This document shows positions 12,609 through 25,114 of a stretch of 64,000 nt of DNA, piece after piece. The stretch covers positions 1-64,000 of the forward strand of contig NIVC01003203.1 of NCBI GenBank assembly GCA_002269645.1, written 5' to 3'. Position 1 is the first letter of the stretch, and each line of letters begins with the position of its first letter. A model generated the notes under the pieces. The model saw nothing but the letters and a program-made list of their open reading frames with translations. It was not told where the DNA came from and did not search any database. The DNA comes from Macrostomum lignano. Taxonomy: Eukaryota. A program made the position numbers and the translations under genes.

Positions 12609-14122
12609 TTTATGGACGAACTGCTACGGACAGCAAACTATACATACAGAACAAGCTTCACAGTACGATACTGCTCTCATTTAGATAACTCATGTAATGT
12701 TTTTTTCTGACTTGAAGCCATAGACAACAGCTATTTTCTGCAGAGTTGCCCATCCACTGTACTTAATATGGATTACTTAGGGTGTTTTACGACTGACTTG
12801 TTTAAGCGTCATTATTTGGTTTTAACTATAGATTCTCCTGTATCTTTGTACTGTGGCGCTATGCTGCTTATTGACAATGCTACGCAGAGTTCTGCCACGT
12901 TATTTAATTATTAACTGCTAAAAATGTTAATGCTGCACTTGATCTCTACGCTTGTAGGATAATTGTGCAAGAATATCTATTTTCTTTTACTTAGGCAGAC
13001 ATAACAGATATACTAAATGTATTCGCTCAAATCTTTTATTTTTTCCGAGCTGTCAGATTTTCTCTACTGAAATTGTCGCATGGCTTGTTTTGCTTAACTT
13101 GTGCATTATCGCATCTCGTGCTAGCATCACTATGACGTTTTCTAGCCATCTGTTGCAATGCTAAAATTAGAAAAACGCAAAGTCTTGTAGAAGCTGAGGC
13201 TTGGCACAGCTTGGCTATTTCTTATGTTGCAAAGTAGTTCGACATTGCATCTCATCGGAAAATAAACTAGAAGAGGGTTTGACGCTAAACTGTATGCTTT
13301 AAGACTCAGTTTGGTTGCGTGGAGTGTTTGCTGAAAGTTTTTCAGTGTAATTGGCTATTTCCATTGGGGGGGGGGGGCGAGGTGGAAAGCACGTGAGACA
13401 GGCTAATGACGATACTAGAGCGCTTAACAATTTACCCTATACAGAAATGTCGGATACAGGGCAGGAGAGAAGAGAAGAGAGACGTGTGCTGAGTAATGAG
13501 TCGTAATTAAATATTACTAATATGTTAATAGTCACATTGCATTAGACAGAAATAAATGGGTTGAAAAATAATAATTATCTACTGCATGCACTCCGTTCTA
13601 TAGGAATGAAAAGAAATTACACAATATCGTCCATACGGCACCCTACAGCCAAACAAAAGTCACGGTTGAGGGGAAGCAAAACAAACTTTTAAAAAAGATC
13701 TATTAGCTGATAAATAAATGCCTCAAATTTAGGAGGACAAATTCGCCTCGCGAGATCCCCGTCGCGAGGCTTATCGTCTAATGGTAAAATGCTAGAAATG
13801 CTAGTTCTTTGCATCTATGCAGAAGCAAATCTCTGCCTGTATTCAGAGACTTCAAAATGGCTTCAAAAAATTAAAATAAGCTACGAAGAAGGTAGCAGAA
13901 TCATACACATCGAGCTTAAAGTATATAAGTATCTTTGTACGTTTGCATATCTGTATCCGTACTCGTAAAGGGGATTTTACCATAGACAACAAGCCTACTC
14001 CTAAAACCATAGACAAAACTCCTGATGTAGACTTGTCGTTGATTATGATGCGCAAAGAGATGTTTAAAGATTTGTCTTAATTAAGAAAAACAAACGCGTA
14101 AATCATTTTGACGCATCCGAAA

Positions 14123-15600
14123 ATGGTTGAGAAGAGACTGTATCTCACAGTCTTTCTACAGCTGGCTTCATTAGCCCTAGCCGTAAGCGCCTCGGTAAAA
14201 ATTGTCGGACACAACGCTACAGTGCCTGTTGAGAAAACTGAGACCAGCGTGTTTAATCGATATAAGCTGGGACCCGAGCTTCAAATCAAGTCAACCAACG
14301 AGGACCTGTCCATCAGTTGCGAGCTGGTTGGGACGAGCGAGCTGAAGGACCCGAAGATCAGCCTGCAGACCCTGGGCGACGCCAGCTTGCAGCCAGCTGT
14401 AGCCAGCGAGTTGTCCGGCGATAAGAAAACATTTCGAGCCAAAGTGACGCTGAGCAAATCCAAGCTGGCGAAGGCATCGGCTTACACGTGCGCGGGAGAA
14501 AGCAACGGCCAGAAATTCAGCACCACCATCGCATTCCTGTCTGTGCCGCTGTTGAGACTCAGCATTGAAGGCGGCGGCTACGAGAAAGAGGCGGATCGCG
14601 AGGCCTACGCTAAACAGGCGGACCTGCCCGCTATCCACGGCAGCCGGCTCTCTGTCACCTGCGAGGTGCGCGGCTATCCGACTGCTGAAGTCACATGGTT
14701 CAAGATTCAACTGGTCGATAAACAGAGGCAGGAGGTGCCGGTTGGGAAAGGAGACAAGCTGGAATTCGCCAAATTGGACTACCACAAGTAGGTCTGGGAG
14801 CTACTTACTGTGTTGTTTAATTAAACAAAGAATCTTAGACACGCGCGCCTTGGAGTTAGACCCTCGTGTTTGTGAGTGACATGACAAGCCTTAGAAGCTT
14901 AACTTTTTAGAATGAGCCCCAAATTAATGTGGTACATTGGCGTGACTATCGGACGCGTTGCCATATACTCAGCTCCCCACCCATAAATACCAGTCCGATA
15001 TACTTTGCATTAATATTCTCTAGCCAAATGTCATTGAGGACCACCCATTACTTCAGGCACCGCAGTCAGTACGTCTGTCGCGCTAAGAATGACCGCGGCA
15101 AAAACTCTTTAAACATCTACCTGCGGGTGAAGCACCCTCGCGCCTACCTGGTCCCTCTGATCGTGCTGATCATCCAGCTGGTGATCATTGTCGCCATCTA
15201 TATTGTCTACGAGCTCAGTATCTACGAGAAAAGATGGCGCGCGGCACGGCGCGAAGCTGAGGAGGAGGAGGAAAGACTCGAGTTCGAGGAGTTCGACGGC
15301 GGTAGGGGCAGCACGTTAAGCTTAAGCGCCGGCCAGGCGGGAGCCGGGCGCAGCGGCCCAGGCGTCGATACTGGAGTGGTTCGCAGCGTCAGGAGCAGCA
15401 GAATCAGCTCCAATATTGGCAGAGCAAAAGTCGGTACCGAAGCCGCTGCTCACTCCAGCGCCAAAGCCAGAAGCAGCGCCAGAACAAGCATCGTTGCCGC
15501 CGCTCCCACCGAAGCTGGCGCCAGTAAAGCGGCTGATAAACCAGCGGTGGCAGGTTCAAAAGCTGTCAAAACTCAGCCGAACCCCTCTGTCCGAATTTAG
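14123..15600 (+). CDS. BSG: Basigin/neuroplastin-like two-Ig-domain type I membrane protein
   Basis: Exons 14123-14787 and 15057-15600 (AA|GTAGGT..CAG|G, phases match); signal peptide, Ig Cys pairs (SCEL..YTC; TCEV.GYP..V.W..YVC), LRV..-TM-IYEKR motif typical of basigin. Confidence 0.8.
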
Positions 15601-15944
15601 CTGCATTATTATTGAACTGGTCGTGCGTAATGATGCAGTTTCTGCCGATGAGTGAAAGCGTGTACTAAAGGTGCAACTTTTGACATACATAACTTTAATT
15701 AAGACACCGGATGCTCAATTAACAAACAGCTCATTAAAAATCCTGTTTCAACGTTTTTTATTCGCAAACGGCTTCGCTTCGTTTGCTTAATAATGTCGAA
15801 CTGTTTCTAAACAACTGTTTTGTCTAATTCTGCTGCTCATAGTTTAGACTTAATTCTGTCGGCAAGTCGAAAGTAAAAGGTCTAACAACATCCAGTGACT
15901 TGGATTCACCATTAATCCCAGAATCCTTCGGGTTCAAGATCTTC

Positions 15945-16690
15945 ATCAGCCTGGCTAACATCCTCATCAGCTGGGCTAACATCCTCATCAGCCGGGCTAA
16001 CATCCTCATCAACTGGGCTAACATCCTCATCAGCTAGGCTAACATCCTCATCAGCTGGGTTAACATCTTCATGACAGCTGGGCTAACATCCTCATCAGCT
16101 GGGCTAACATCCTCATCAACTGGCTAACATCCTCATCAACTGGGCTAACATCCTCATCAGCTAGGCTAACATTCTCATCAGCTGGGCTAACATCCTCATG
16201 ACAGCTGGGCTAACATCCTCATCAGCTGTGCGAACATCCTCATCAGCTGGGCTATAATCTTCATCAGCTGGCTAACATCCTCATCAGCTGGGCTATAATC
16301 CTCATCAGCTGGGCTAACATCCTCATCAGCTGGGCTAACATCCTCATCAGCTGGGCTAACATCCTCATCAGCTGGGCTAACATCCTCATCAGCTGGGCTA
16401 TAATCTTCATCAGCTCGGCTAACATCATCATCAGCTAGCTAACATCATCATCAGCTCGGCTAACATCCTCATCAGCTGGGCTAACATCCTCATCAGCTGG
16501 GCTAACATCCTCATCAGCTGGGCTAACATCCTCATCAGCTGGGCTAACATCCTCATCAGCTGGGCTAACATCCTCATCAGCTGGGCTATAATCTTCATCA
16601 GCTCGGCTAACATCATCATCAGCTAGCTAACATCATCATCAGCTTGGCTAACATCCTAATCAGCTGTGCCAACATCCTCATCAGCTAGAC
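15945..16690. repeat. 21-bp minisatellite
   Basis: Unit CTGGGCTAACATCCTCATCAG repeated over 30 times. Confidence 0.95.
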
Positions 16691-17471
16691 AAACACCCTC
16701 ATTGACAGTGACAAAATTGTAAATAAAAAAACATTCAGCCACCATCACAGGTTACCGCAATAATTTAGATGGATATTCGTGAAGATAAACAGAAGTAGAG
16801 TACATTTAACCTAAGACGAATCTGTGTACGCCGGATCAGCACTTCAATATTGTTCTAGGTTTCAAGACACGAGGTTAATTATTAAATTTACCGTTATGAA
16901 TTTAAAAATACTATTGAAGACCGGTAATCTTCCGGGTAATTTGATTTGGAAGTTTCTGAAGCAGCAAATCTTGCTTAAGTTGTGCTTGCTTGCCAGTCGG
17001 TTTCCAGCAGTATTCATTAAACTAAAAGGTAGCTAATTTGACAGTTAAAATGTCTCTATAGCTTACTATAGAGACTACTACTTACTACTACCTACTACCA
17101 CCCCAATCACCTTATTATATTCATAGAAACATGCATGGCTACATCTGATGTTCTTGCGGCACATAGCTAAGCGTTAAAAATTTTATAGTTAGTAGAAAAC
17201 AATTTCGAATTAATTTACGCAGCAGCACTGGAGTCTAGAAGGCTTCAGCTTCTTGATCATCGACTAAAAATTACAAGCAGCAGATGACCAAATTACAACT
17301 GCATACAATCCTTTATGAAAGACTAGCTCCGGTAACAACTATTCGCAATAAAAACAGATACTTGTAATTGTAAGTTAAAGTCAGCAAGATTCTCGTCCAG
17401 TGGCAGTTCAAAAGTGGGAAAAATGAGCGACACATTGGATGACGCGATCCTTGAGCCTGTTGATGCCACTG

Positions 17472-20400
17472 TCAGTACATTCTGCCGCCTTTCTCAAAGA
17501 ACATAAAGTCCTGGAATTGAAGTTTGTGTTTAATTATAAATTGCTTCTTTATTTAGTATAAAAATTTTCTTTATAATGACAATCACACCAATCAGCTGAG
17601 CCACCACACCAATCAGCTGAGCCACCACCCCAATCAGTTGAGCCACCACCCCAATCAGCTGGGCCACCACCCCAATCAGTTGAGCCACCACCCCAATCAG
17701 CTGAGCCACCACGCCAATCAGCTGAGCCACCACCCCAATCAGCTGGGCCACCACCCCAATCAGCTGGGCCACCACCCCAATCAGCTGGGCCACCACCCCA
17801 ATCAGCTGGGCCACCACCCCAATCAGCTGGGCCACCACCCCAATCAGCTGAGCCACCACCCCAATCAGCTGGGCCACCACCCCAATCAGCTGAGCCACCA
17901 CCCCAATCAGCTGAGCTGAACTCACAATTAAGAAACAAGCTCCAATGATGGTTGCTTTCACGTTTAAGTGCAAATCAATTGGAAATGTGATGCCAAAATT
18001 GTCGGCATCTGTGAAGTACTCCTGCATCAGGTTGGACCACTGGCGGGAGACTCGGCCCACCTCTTCACCATCGTGCGTGCGGACCTGATAGTTTTATTAT
18101 TTAAAGGCGCCACACATAAAATTATGGATCAACATGGTTTCCAAATGGCTTTTGAGTTTAAGCTCATAGCTCGTACGCCACAAAGCGAAAATTGATAAAC
18201 ACTTATGAGTCTGTACAGACAACCTAAACTACCATTGTCGAAACAAAGCTATAGAGACAAAGACAAAAATGCTCTTGCTGTTTTTGTTGCTGTTCTAAAA
18301 ATAAATGTGTAAAAACTGGATGATCGTCCAACTAAAACTGGTTTTTCGGGTATACAAATGTCTGCTGTCTGTAATTACTGATTGCAGGGTTGGAGGTGTT
18401 GCAGGGTTTGAGGTGTAGCAGGGTTAGGGTGTTGCAGGGTTCGAGTTGTTGCAGGGTTTGAGGTGTTGCAGGGTTTAAGGTGCTGCAGGATTTGAGGTGT
18501 TGCAGGGGTTGAGCTGTTGCAGGGTTTAAGGTGCTGCAGGATTTGAGGTGTTGCAGGGGTTGAGGTGTTGCAGGGTTTGAGGTGTTGCAGGATTTGAGGT
18601 GTTGCAGGGTTTGAGTTGTTGCAGAGTTTGAGGTGCTGCAGGATTTGAGGTGTTGCAGGGTTTGAGCTGTTGCAGGGTTTAAGGTGCTGCAGGATTTGAG
18701 GTGTTGCAGGGGTTGAGCTGTTGCGGGGTTTGAGGTGTTGCATGGTTTGAGGTGTTGCAGGAGTTGAGGTGTTGCGGGGTTTGAGGTGTTGCAGGGTTTG
18801 AGGTGTTGCAGGAGTTGAGCTGTTGCGGGGTTTGAGGTGCTGCAGGATTTGAGGTGTTGCAGGGGTTGAGCTGTTGCGGGGTTTGAGGTGTTGCATGGTT
18901 TGAGGTGTTGCAGGAGTTGAGGTGTTGCATGGTTTGAGGTGTTGCAGGAGTTGAGGTGTTGCAGTTTTGAGCTTTTGCAGGGGTTGAAGTGTTAAATTAA
19001 AAAGCCAGCATAGGAACCCACCGAGAAGGGAATATCGTCGCCCGGACAGTAGCAGTGGCAGTAATTCGGCCCGTCAATGCTGAGCACTTTGTCCCCAGCC
19101 GAGTCCAAAATCTCGTAGGTGGCCTCGCAGCGGCGGTGGATTTGTCTGACCTGGCCGACCAGCTGGCCGGGCGGGGCCTCAACCGTGACCAAGTCTTTGC
19201 AACAGTTGAGGCAGGACAGGCCCTGGTGGAGGCACATGCACCGGTAGGGCCTGGACACGTGGATCACCTCCTCTCCGCTGCTGTCCGTGATGTTCAACTC
19301 AAATGGTCGCGCCGCGCCGCAGCAGTTTCGAGCGACGCTGCTCGATTCTGAGGTGTTGCGAATGGAGGGTATTTGAAATGTCTTGGCTGTGAAAGATGGA
19401 GACAAACACTATCTGACCAATCTGATATGACTGATGACCAACACTAACTGACCAATTTGATATGACTGATGACCAACACTAACTGACCAATTTGATATGA
19501 TTGATGACCAAGACTAGCTTACCAATTTGATATGATTGATGACCAAGACTAGCTGACCAACTTGATAAGATTGATGACCAACACTAACTGACCAATTTGA
19601 TATGACTGATGACCAATACTAACTGACCAATTTAATAAGATTGATGACCAACACTAATGACCAATTTGATTGGATTGATGACCAACACTAACTGACCAAT
19701 TTGATATGACTGATGACCAATACTAACTGACCAATTTAATAAGATTGATGACCAACACTAATGACCAATTTGATTGGATTGATGACCAACACTAACTGAC
19801 CAATTTGATATGACTGATGACCAATACTAACTGACCAATTTAATAAGATTGATGACCAACACTAATGACCAATTTGATTGGATTGATGACCAACACTAAC
19901 TGACCAATTTGATATGACTGATGACCAATACTAACTGACCAATTTAATAAGATTGATGACCAACACTAATGACCAATTTGATCGGATTGATGACCAACAC
20001 TAACTGACCAATTTGATTGGATTGATGACGAACGCCAAAAGCCTAACCTACTATCAGACACACTTGATCCATAAAACCAGTCAGAAGTAACAAACAGCTT
20101 CATTACAAACTAGACTTACTCTCGTTGGCAAAGTAGATCGGCTGACCCATTGTGTTGAGCACAACGTATTGATTAGGCAGGTCCAGGCCAATCAGAACTG
20201 TCGATTTTGTAGCAATAGTTTTATTACTTAATAAATCACAATACTAAAAAAGTGTTTTTTTATCTTAGAAGCTTAAATTTGAGAGATGGCGTTAAGAGGT
20301 GGCTCGCCAATAACACGTCCGACTCTTGCGCAATTCCGTCCGCGTGCACGGAGATTAGCCTAGGGATTATCTTGCGATTCGATGCCCATGAGGGCCAACC

Positions 20401-20780
20401 TCCAAGGCACACAGAGTGTACACTGTCTGGTTCATAGAAAGTCAGGGCCGCTGTACACCCTGAGTGAGCCTGTATGTGCTCAGGGGTCAGCGTAATGCTG
20501 AAGAGCCCAAAGCCTCTTGGATTAAATAAACAACTAATCAATGCAGAGCCCAGTACTCACTCTCCATCACCTCCTTCTGCTGCTTGATGATAAGCTGGTC
20601 CACCTGCATGAGGTAGCGCAGGCCAGGCGGGTAGCCGCCAGGCGAGTCGGGCAGCGGCATCCACTCTTGCTTCGGCTGCTGCTCCTGCTGATAAGCTGAC
20701 TGACGTCTGCTGACTGGAGCATGGCTGCTTTCTTCTGGCTGCTGCTGCTGCTGCTGCTGCTGACGTTGCTGTTTTTGCAT
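17472..20780 (-). CDS. PLSCR: Phospholipid scramblase
   Basis: Exons 20780-20561, 20197-20120, 19347-19022, 18084-17926, 17510-17472, all GT-AG with consistent phases; motifs PPGLRYLMQVDQLIIKQ, RNCCGAARPF, EYFTDADNFGITFPIDL..KATIIGACFLIDFMFFE. Confidence 0.92.
17585..17915. repeat. 21-bp minisatellite, scramblase intron 4
   Basis: Unit GCCACCACCCCAATCAGCTGG/A. Confidence 0.95.
18385..18990. repeat. 18-bp minisatellite, scramblase intron 3
   Basis: Unit GGGTTTGAGGTGTTGCAG and variants. Confidence 0.93.
19410..20030. repeat. 35-bp minisatellite with 3-unit (about 103-bp) higher-order repeat, scramblase intron 2
   Basis: Unit GACCAACACTAACTGACCAATTTGATATGACTGAT; variant units recur at about 103-bp spacing. 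Confidence 0.9.
20270..20520 (+). mobile_element. SINE-like dispersed repeat, copy A
   Basis: Shares AGAGTGTACA..GAAAGTC.GGGCCG.TGTACACCCTG.GTGAGC.TGT.TGTGCTCAG with 21375-21456. Confidence 0.45.
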
Positions 20781-21261
20781 TCCAGATATGTTCGAGCTGA
20801 CTTATGCTTGTTGCAGCTGCTTTGGCTGCTGGGGTTTATTATTTTTAAGCAATTATGAAATATTGTTGAATTAGTTGCTAACTGGTGCCGCAGCAGAGAG
20901 CTTCGAGTGCTTTTGATAACTGGAGACGCCAGAAAGCGAGTTTATACACAATACAATAGCACGCAGATAGCAAGTCAAAGAAGAGACACACAGAGTGGAT
21001 GCAAGTTCGCTGAGAACATCTATTTATTTTTTAGCAAGATGGGGAGAGCAGAAAGGTTGCACAGAGGCATTCTAAGTACATAGGTAAACTTATGCACATT
21101 TACGCAGAAATAAGACTGACTCACTGTGCATAATGCCTAAGGTGGGCCCTTACGTTCCTCGCAAACACAGAACTCAGCGTAAGAGTTTAGCGTTTCAATT
21201 AAGTTTGTTGTTTTCATAAGTTTTCAGAAGTGTCAACTTTAAGTTCCTTGTTCTGTCACAG

Positions 21262-21535
21262 AGAGTTGCTCAGCTTAGCGCTAAGTGCGTCTGACTCTGG
21301 CGTCGCGACCCCTGGTTCGCTTCAGTGCGCGGCCGCATTCATTCTTGTGGCTTGTGCGCTTCATCAATCCAACCCCCAAAGCACCAAGAGTGTACATGCC
21401 TGATGATGAGAAAGTCGGGGCCGATGTACACCCTGTGTGAGCGTGTGTGTGCTCAGTCGGGCCTGACTGCTTGTCTTATTCACTGGCTGCCGCTGACCCT
21501 ACTGCCTTGATTTGTGACAGGGACCAAAGCCTAAC
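21262..21535 (+). mobile_element. SINE-like dispersed repeat, copy B, with tRNA-like head
   Basis: A-box-like TGCTCAGCTTAG and B-box-like GGTTCGCTTC followed by body homologous to copy A. Confidence 0.45.
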
Positions 21536-21824
21536 TACCGAAGCTTTTGTACATCAATAAAAGTGAAAACTTATAAGCTGCGGCAAGAGTGTACACATTG
21601 GCTCATATTTTCACCCCCCCCCTACGGTATATATGTACACTAGAAGCTCAACCCGTCGCGCCCATTGCGTAAAAATTGCCCATCTGTCGGCCAGCTCCCC
21701 ATAGACAGTTTTTTACGAGCATGAAAGCTTGTCATTTCAAATCATCAAATTATTAGCCATTTCTAAAACGCAGTGAAGCAGTTGATTTATGGTTCTCAAT
21801 ACGTACGAGCCGTGCAGTAGAAAA

Positions 21825-22265
21825 ATGGCTTCTTCTAGTAGCAGCAGAAAGAGGCGCTTAGCACCATTCAGCGCCAATTTCGCGCGCCGCCAATCAACAA
21901 AAAGTTGGTCGCCAGATTGCAGCTTCTCCAAGGAGATCTATGCCACTCTGCAAGCCGTGCAGCCGGGCGCCCGCATCTCATGCGAGGCGGTGCGAACGCT
22001 CGACTGTCTGATTGTCGGCGCCTTTGATCTGCTGGCCGAGACCGCTGGCGCCTGGTCTCGTCTGGCCGGCCGGCGCACCCTGACAGACGCCGACCTGGCC
22101 TGGGCGGTGGACCGCCTGCTGCCAGGCGGGTACGCGCATCGAGCTGGTCGGCGCGCTCTAGCGAGGAGTTTTGGCGCTGTCTCCGCTGCCACTGCTTCTG
22201 CCACTGCTCCTGACGCTGCTCCTGCTGCCACTGATTCTGCCACTGCTTCTGCCGATGATACATAA
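21825..22265 (+). CDS. H2B: Highly divergent histone H2B variant
   Basis: SFSKEIYATLQAVQPGARISCEAVRTLDCLIVGAFDLLAETAGAWSRLAGRRTLTDADLAWAVDRLLPG aligns with canonical [69 protein letters not shown]; intronless; alternative in-frame ATG at 21789. Confidence 0.8.
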   Translation: MASSSSSRKRRLAPFSANFARRQSTKSWSPDCSFSKEIYATLQAVQPGARISCEAVRTLDCLIVGAFDLLAETAGAWSRLAGRRTLTDADLAWAVDRLLPGGYAHRAGRRALARSFGAVSAATASATAPDAAPAATDSATASADDT

Positions 22266-23746
22266 CATATACTGCATAGCTTTGCAAATATTTACAATAT
22301 ATATTTTCTGATAATTAGCAAACAGTCAACATCTTTTTTCTCCAGTAGCCATTACAGATGTATAGGTTTCCGAAGAGATATTCAGATAGGCATTTAGACA
22401 AATTAATCATTTGTAAATGTTGAAAAAATAAAATTTTCAATATGCAGAGGATAGTTTTAATTAAATGTTTGTCTATCTGTCACGGAACTAACAAATCCAT
22501 TAATTAAAAGTATAATTGTAATAAAAATTTCTCAAAATTACGCTTGCAAAGTGAGTTTTAATTCGCTACAAAAAAGCATCCTTAAAATAAAAAAGCCAAT
22601 AAAGCACTTCTAAACCCTTAAAACTCCTCGTAAAAGTTTTTAAAGAGGACTTCCCCTGACTAATCAATTATCAAACAGTTAAGAATCATAAAAACAATTA
22701 CATGTAATACCTAATTATTCGTCAATTTTAACAAAAACTAAATTGCGACGCTACAAAATTCTGCACCGCAAAAAATCTAAAGTGTTAAAAGAACAAAGAA
22801 CAAATGTAAAGAATGTTCCAGATATATATTTTAAGATGCTATTTGGTTTTGTTAAGGGGTTACGTTTTGTTTAAATAAAATAATAAAAATATAAACAATA
22901 CATAAATACGTTTTCTATGTCATAGGAAAAGCATCGTAGCGCTCGGATGAACTCTATTTAAAAGTACAGTAGCTAATTCTTAGAGAAATATTTCAGCAAC
23001 CTTATATTAACTTTTAGATATGAGAACAGTTTATTCTCTTTTGAAATTGTATGGCATAATAAAATGAAAAATTAAAACTGAAGTTGTACTCAAGATAATA
23101 AACTGAATAAATTTTGCTTACTGTTTTTTCCGTTGCTCGTATTAGTTATATATATGTCTCTGGTCAGCCAGCCTAACACAGTATAAAGAAGTCTATATTC
23201 TTTAATATGCATTTAAAACAGAAATGGACTAGAAGTATTAAATAAGTCCTTGATTGATTGTCATTATTAACTTTTTGTTATACTTTTTTTGTTTAAGCAG
23301 ATTTCGTCCCTTGAATAATCTGAGAAAAGAACGTTTTCGTGTAAAATATTTAATCGTTTGTTCGCATCCTAAAGACTGGCTCACACCTCCCTCAATTACG
23401 CCATTATGTTCCAGCGCAACGAAAAGTATGTACTTAATGAGCCTTTTAGTATGCTTATTAAACTACATGCTCTGAGCTCTGCCTATGTGATGAGTGATGA
23501 GTCATGGTATTTACTTATTCATTTTTTGTCATAAATTTATGTAACTGTAAACTGCTTTCAATTGCTTCAATAGCCACGACGCCACGAGTAAAAATGAAAG
23601 AGTCCAAAGTCCATAGAATTTCCACAGTCAACTAAGAGCGCACATTTCAACCATCTATTTGTCGAACAGCATTTCCAAAATAGAAGTTCCAAACAGCACA
23701 CAAGCCAGTTCGTAGCTCTAACGGCAACAAAATTCTAGCAACAGTC

Positions 23747-25071
23747 CTAGAACACCATCTCGTGCGGCTTCTGCCCGTTCCTCAAGCTGAACAGGCTTCT
23801 CATGTAGCTGGCCAGCATCTTGGCGTCCGGAGATGCTCGAATAGCCGTCATCACCTGCGAGTCCACCGCCTTCTGGTCCTCGCGCCTCTCGTCAACCAGC
23901 TGATAGGCCGACTGCGGCTTGGCGAACGGATCGGCTGAGCTGGGCTTGGCCCGCTTGGCCTGCAGCTGCTTGGCCCTGCCAGAGAGAGAGACAGTTTCAA
24001 TGCGTGCTAGCTTTGGGGATTTCCTGTTTGTTAGAACCCAGTCTTACCCGATGACTGCGCGTAGTCTTACCCACTGATCTTGTAGTCTAGCCCGAATGAC
24101 CCCGTAGTCTTACCCAATGACCCCGTAGTCTTACCCAATGACCCCGTAGTATTACTCAATGACCCCGTAGTCTTATCCAATTAATGACCCTGTAGTCTTA
24201 TCCAATTAATGACCCCGTAGTCTTTCCCAATGACTCGTAGTCTTACCACAGCCAGCCCAGACAGTATTCTTTCCTGATGAACATGCACTGTCTTCCCTGT
24301 ACATTTAGGTCCGTGGTCCTAACCAGACGTCAATTCAGTTTTCACGGAGAATCCTCAGCCCTCTCTAACTACCAGTGCTACAACAAAAAGCTACTTGACT
24401 ACAACGCGCGCTCGTATTGCTCACCGGCGGAAATAAGCGTCGTTGACTCTCTCCGGCAGGCTGACTCCGCTGATGTCGATTTGCGTCTTCGTAGCGATAA
24501 CGTAGCTCTGAGCAATGCGACGCAGAGGACAGCCGTTGAACTTCAACGGCCCGGTGACCAGCAGGAGGCCGCTGGACAGCTGGCGAAGGAAGACGACCCG
24601 CTTGCCGCGGTGCCGGCCAGCAAGGAGGATCAGCACCGTGCCAGGCGTGATGGAGGCCCTCAGACGCCGCTTGTGATCCTTGAAGCACTTGGTCGGCCGC
24701 GGCGGCGAGTAGCGATGCGGCACGCTGGTTGGCAGACTCCTCGGCGACCGCCGGTCCGGCACCAGACGCTTGCCACCGTTCTTCTCGCCGCCGATGACCT
24801 TCTCCGTCAGCTGCACCTTCGAGGCGGATGCGGCGGTGGCCGATTTTCCGCTGCTGCGGGCCAGCTTCTTCTTCAGCCGGTAGATGGCCTTGCGCTGGAA
24901 CATGCGCGCCCTGCTCAGCTTCATCAGCACGGTGCCGCTCAGGGCCTCGTTGCGGCTGCGTCCTTGCTTCGACGTGCTTGCTGATCCCTTTACTGACGTC
25001 TTTGTTGTAGTCTTTGTAGTTGTCTTTGTTGTAGAGACTGCGCTACCGCTGGCGCTGCCGCCGGCAGCTTG
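23747..25071 (-). CDS. RPL6: 60S ribosomal protein L6 (eL6) coding exons
   Basis: Exons 25071-24425 and 23975-23747 (CG|GTGAGC..CAG|G); motifs [69 protein letters not shown]. Confidence 0.93.
24040..24245. repeat. About 21-bp minisatellite, RPL6 last intron
   Basis: Unit GTAGTCTTACCCAATGACCCC and variants. Confidence 0.8.
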
Positions 25072-25114
25072 CTGAAATGTTTTTTGGGCAGGTTGTGACT
25101 TCCATGCAATTTAA

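Noticed and set aside
15824-15945. Coding-looking minus-strand tail (ILNPKDSGING..YEQQN) next to the 21-bp array
   Set aside because: No recognisable homology and no upstream exon found; the scramblase already ends at 17472
21262-21330. Functional tRNA gene
   Set aside because: No convincing acceptor stem or cloverleaf; continues into a repeat body shared with 20400-20486, so more SINE-like
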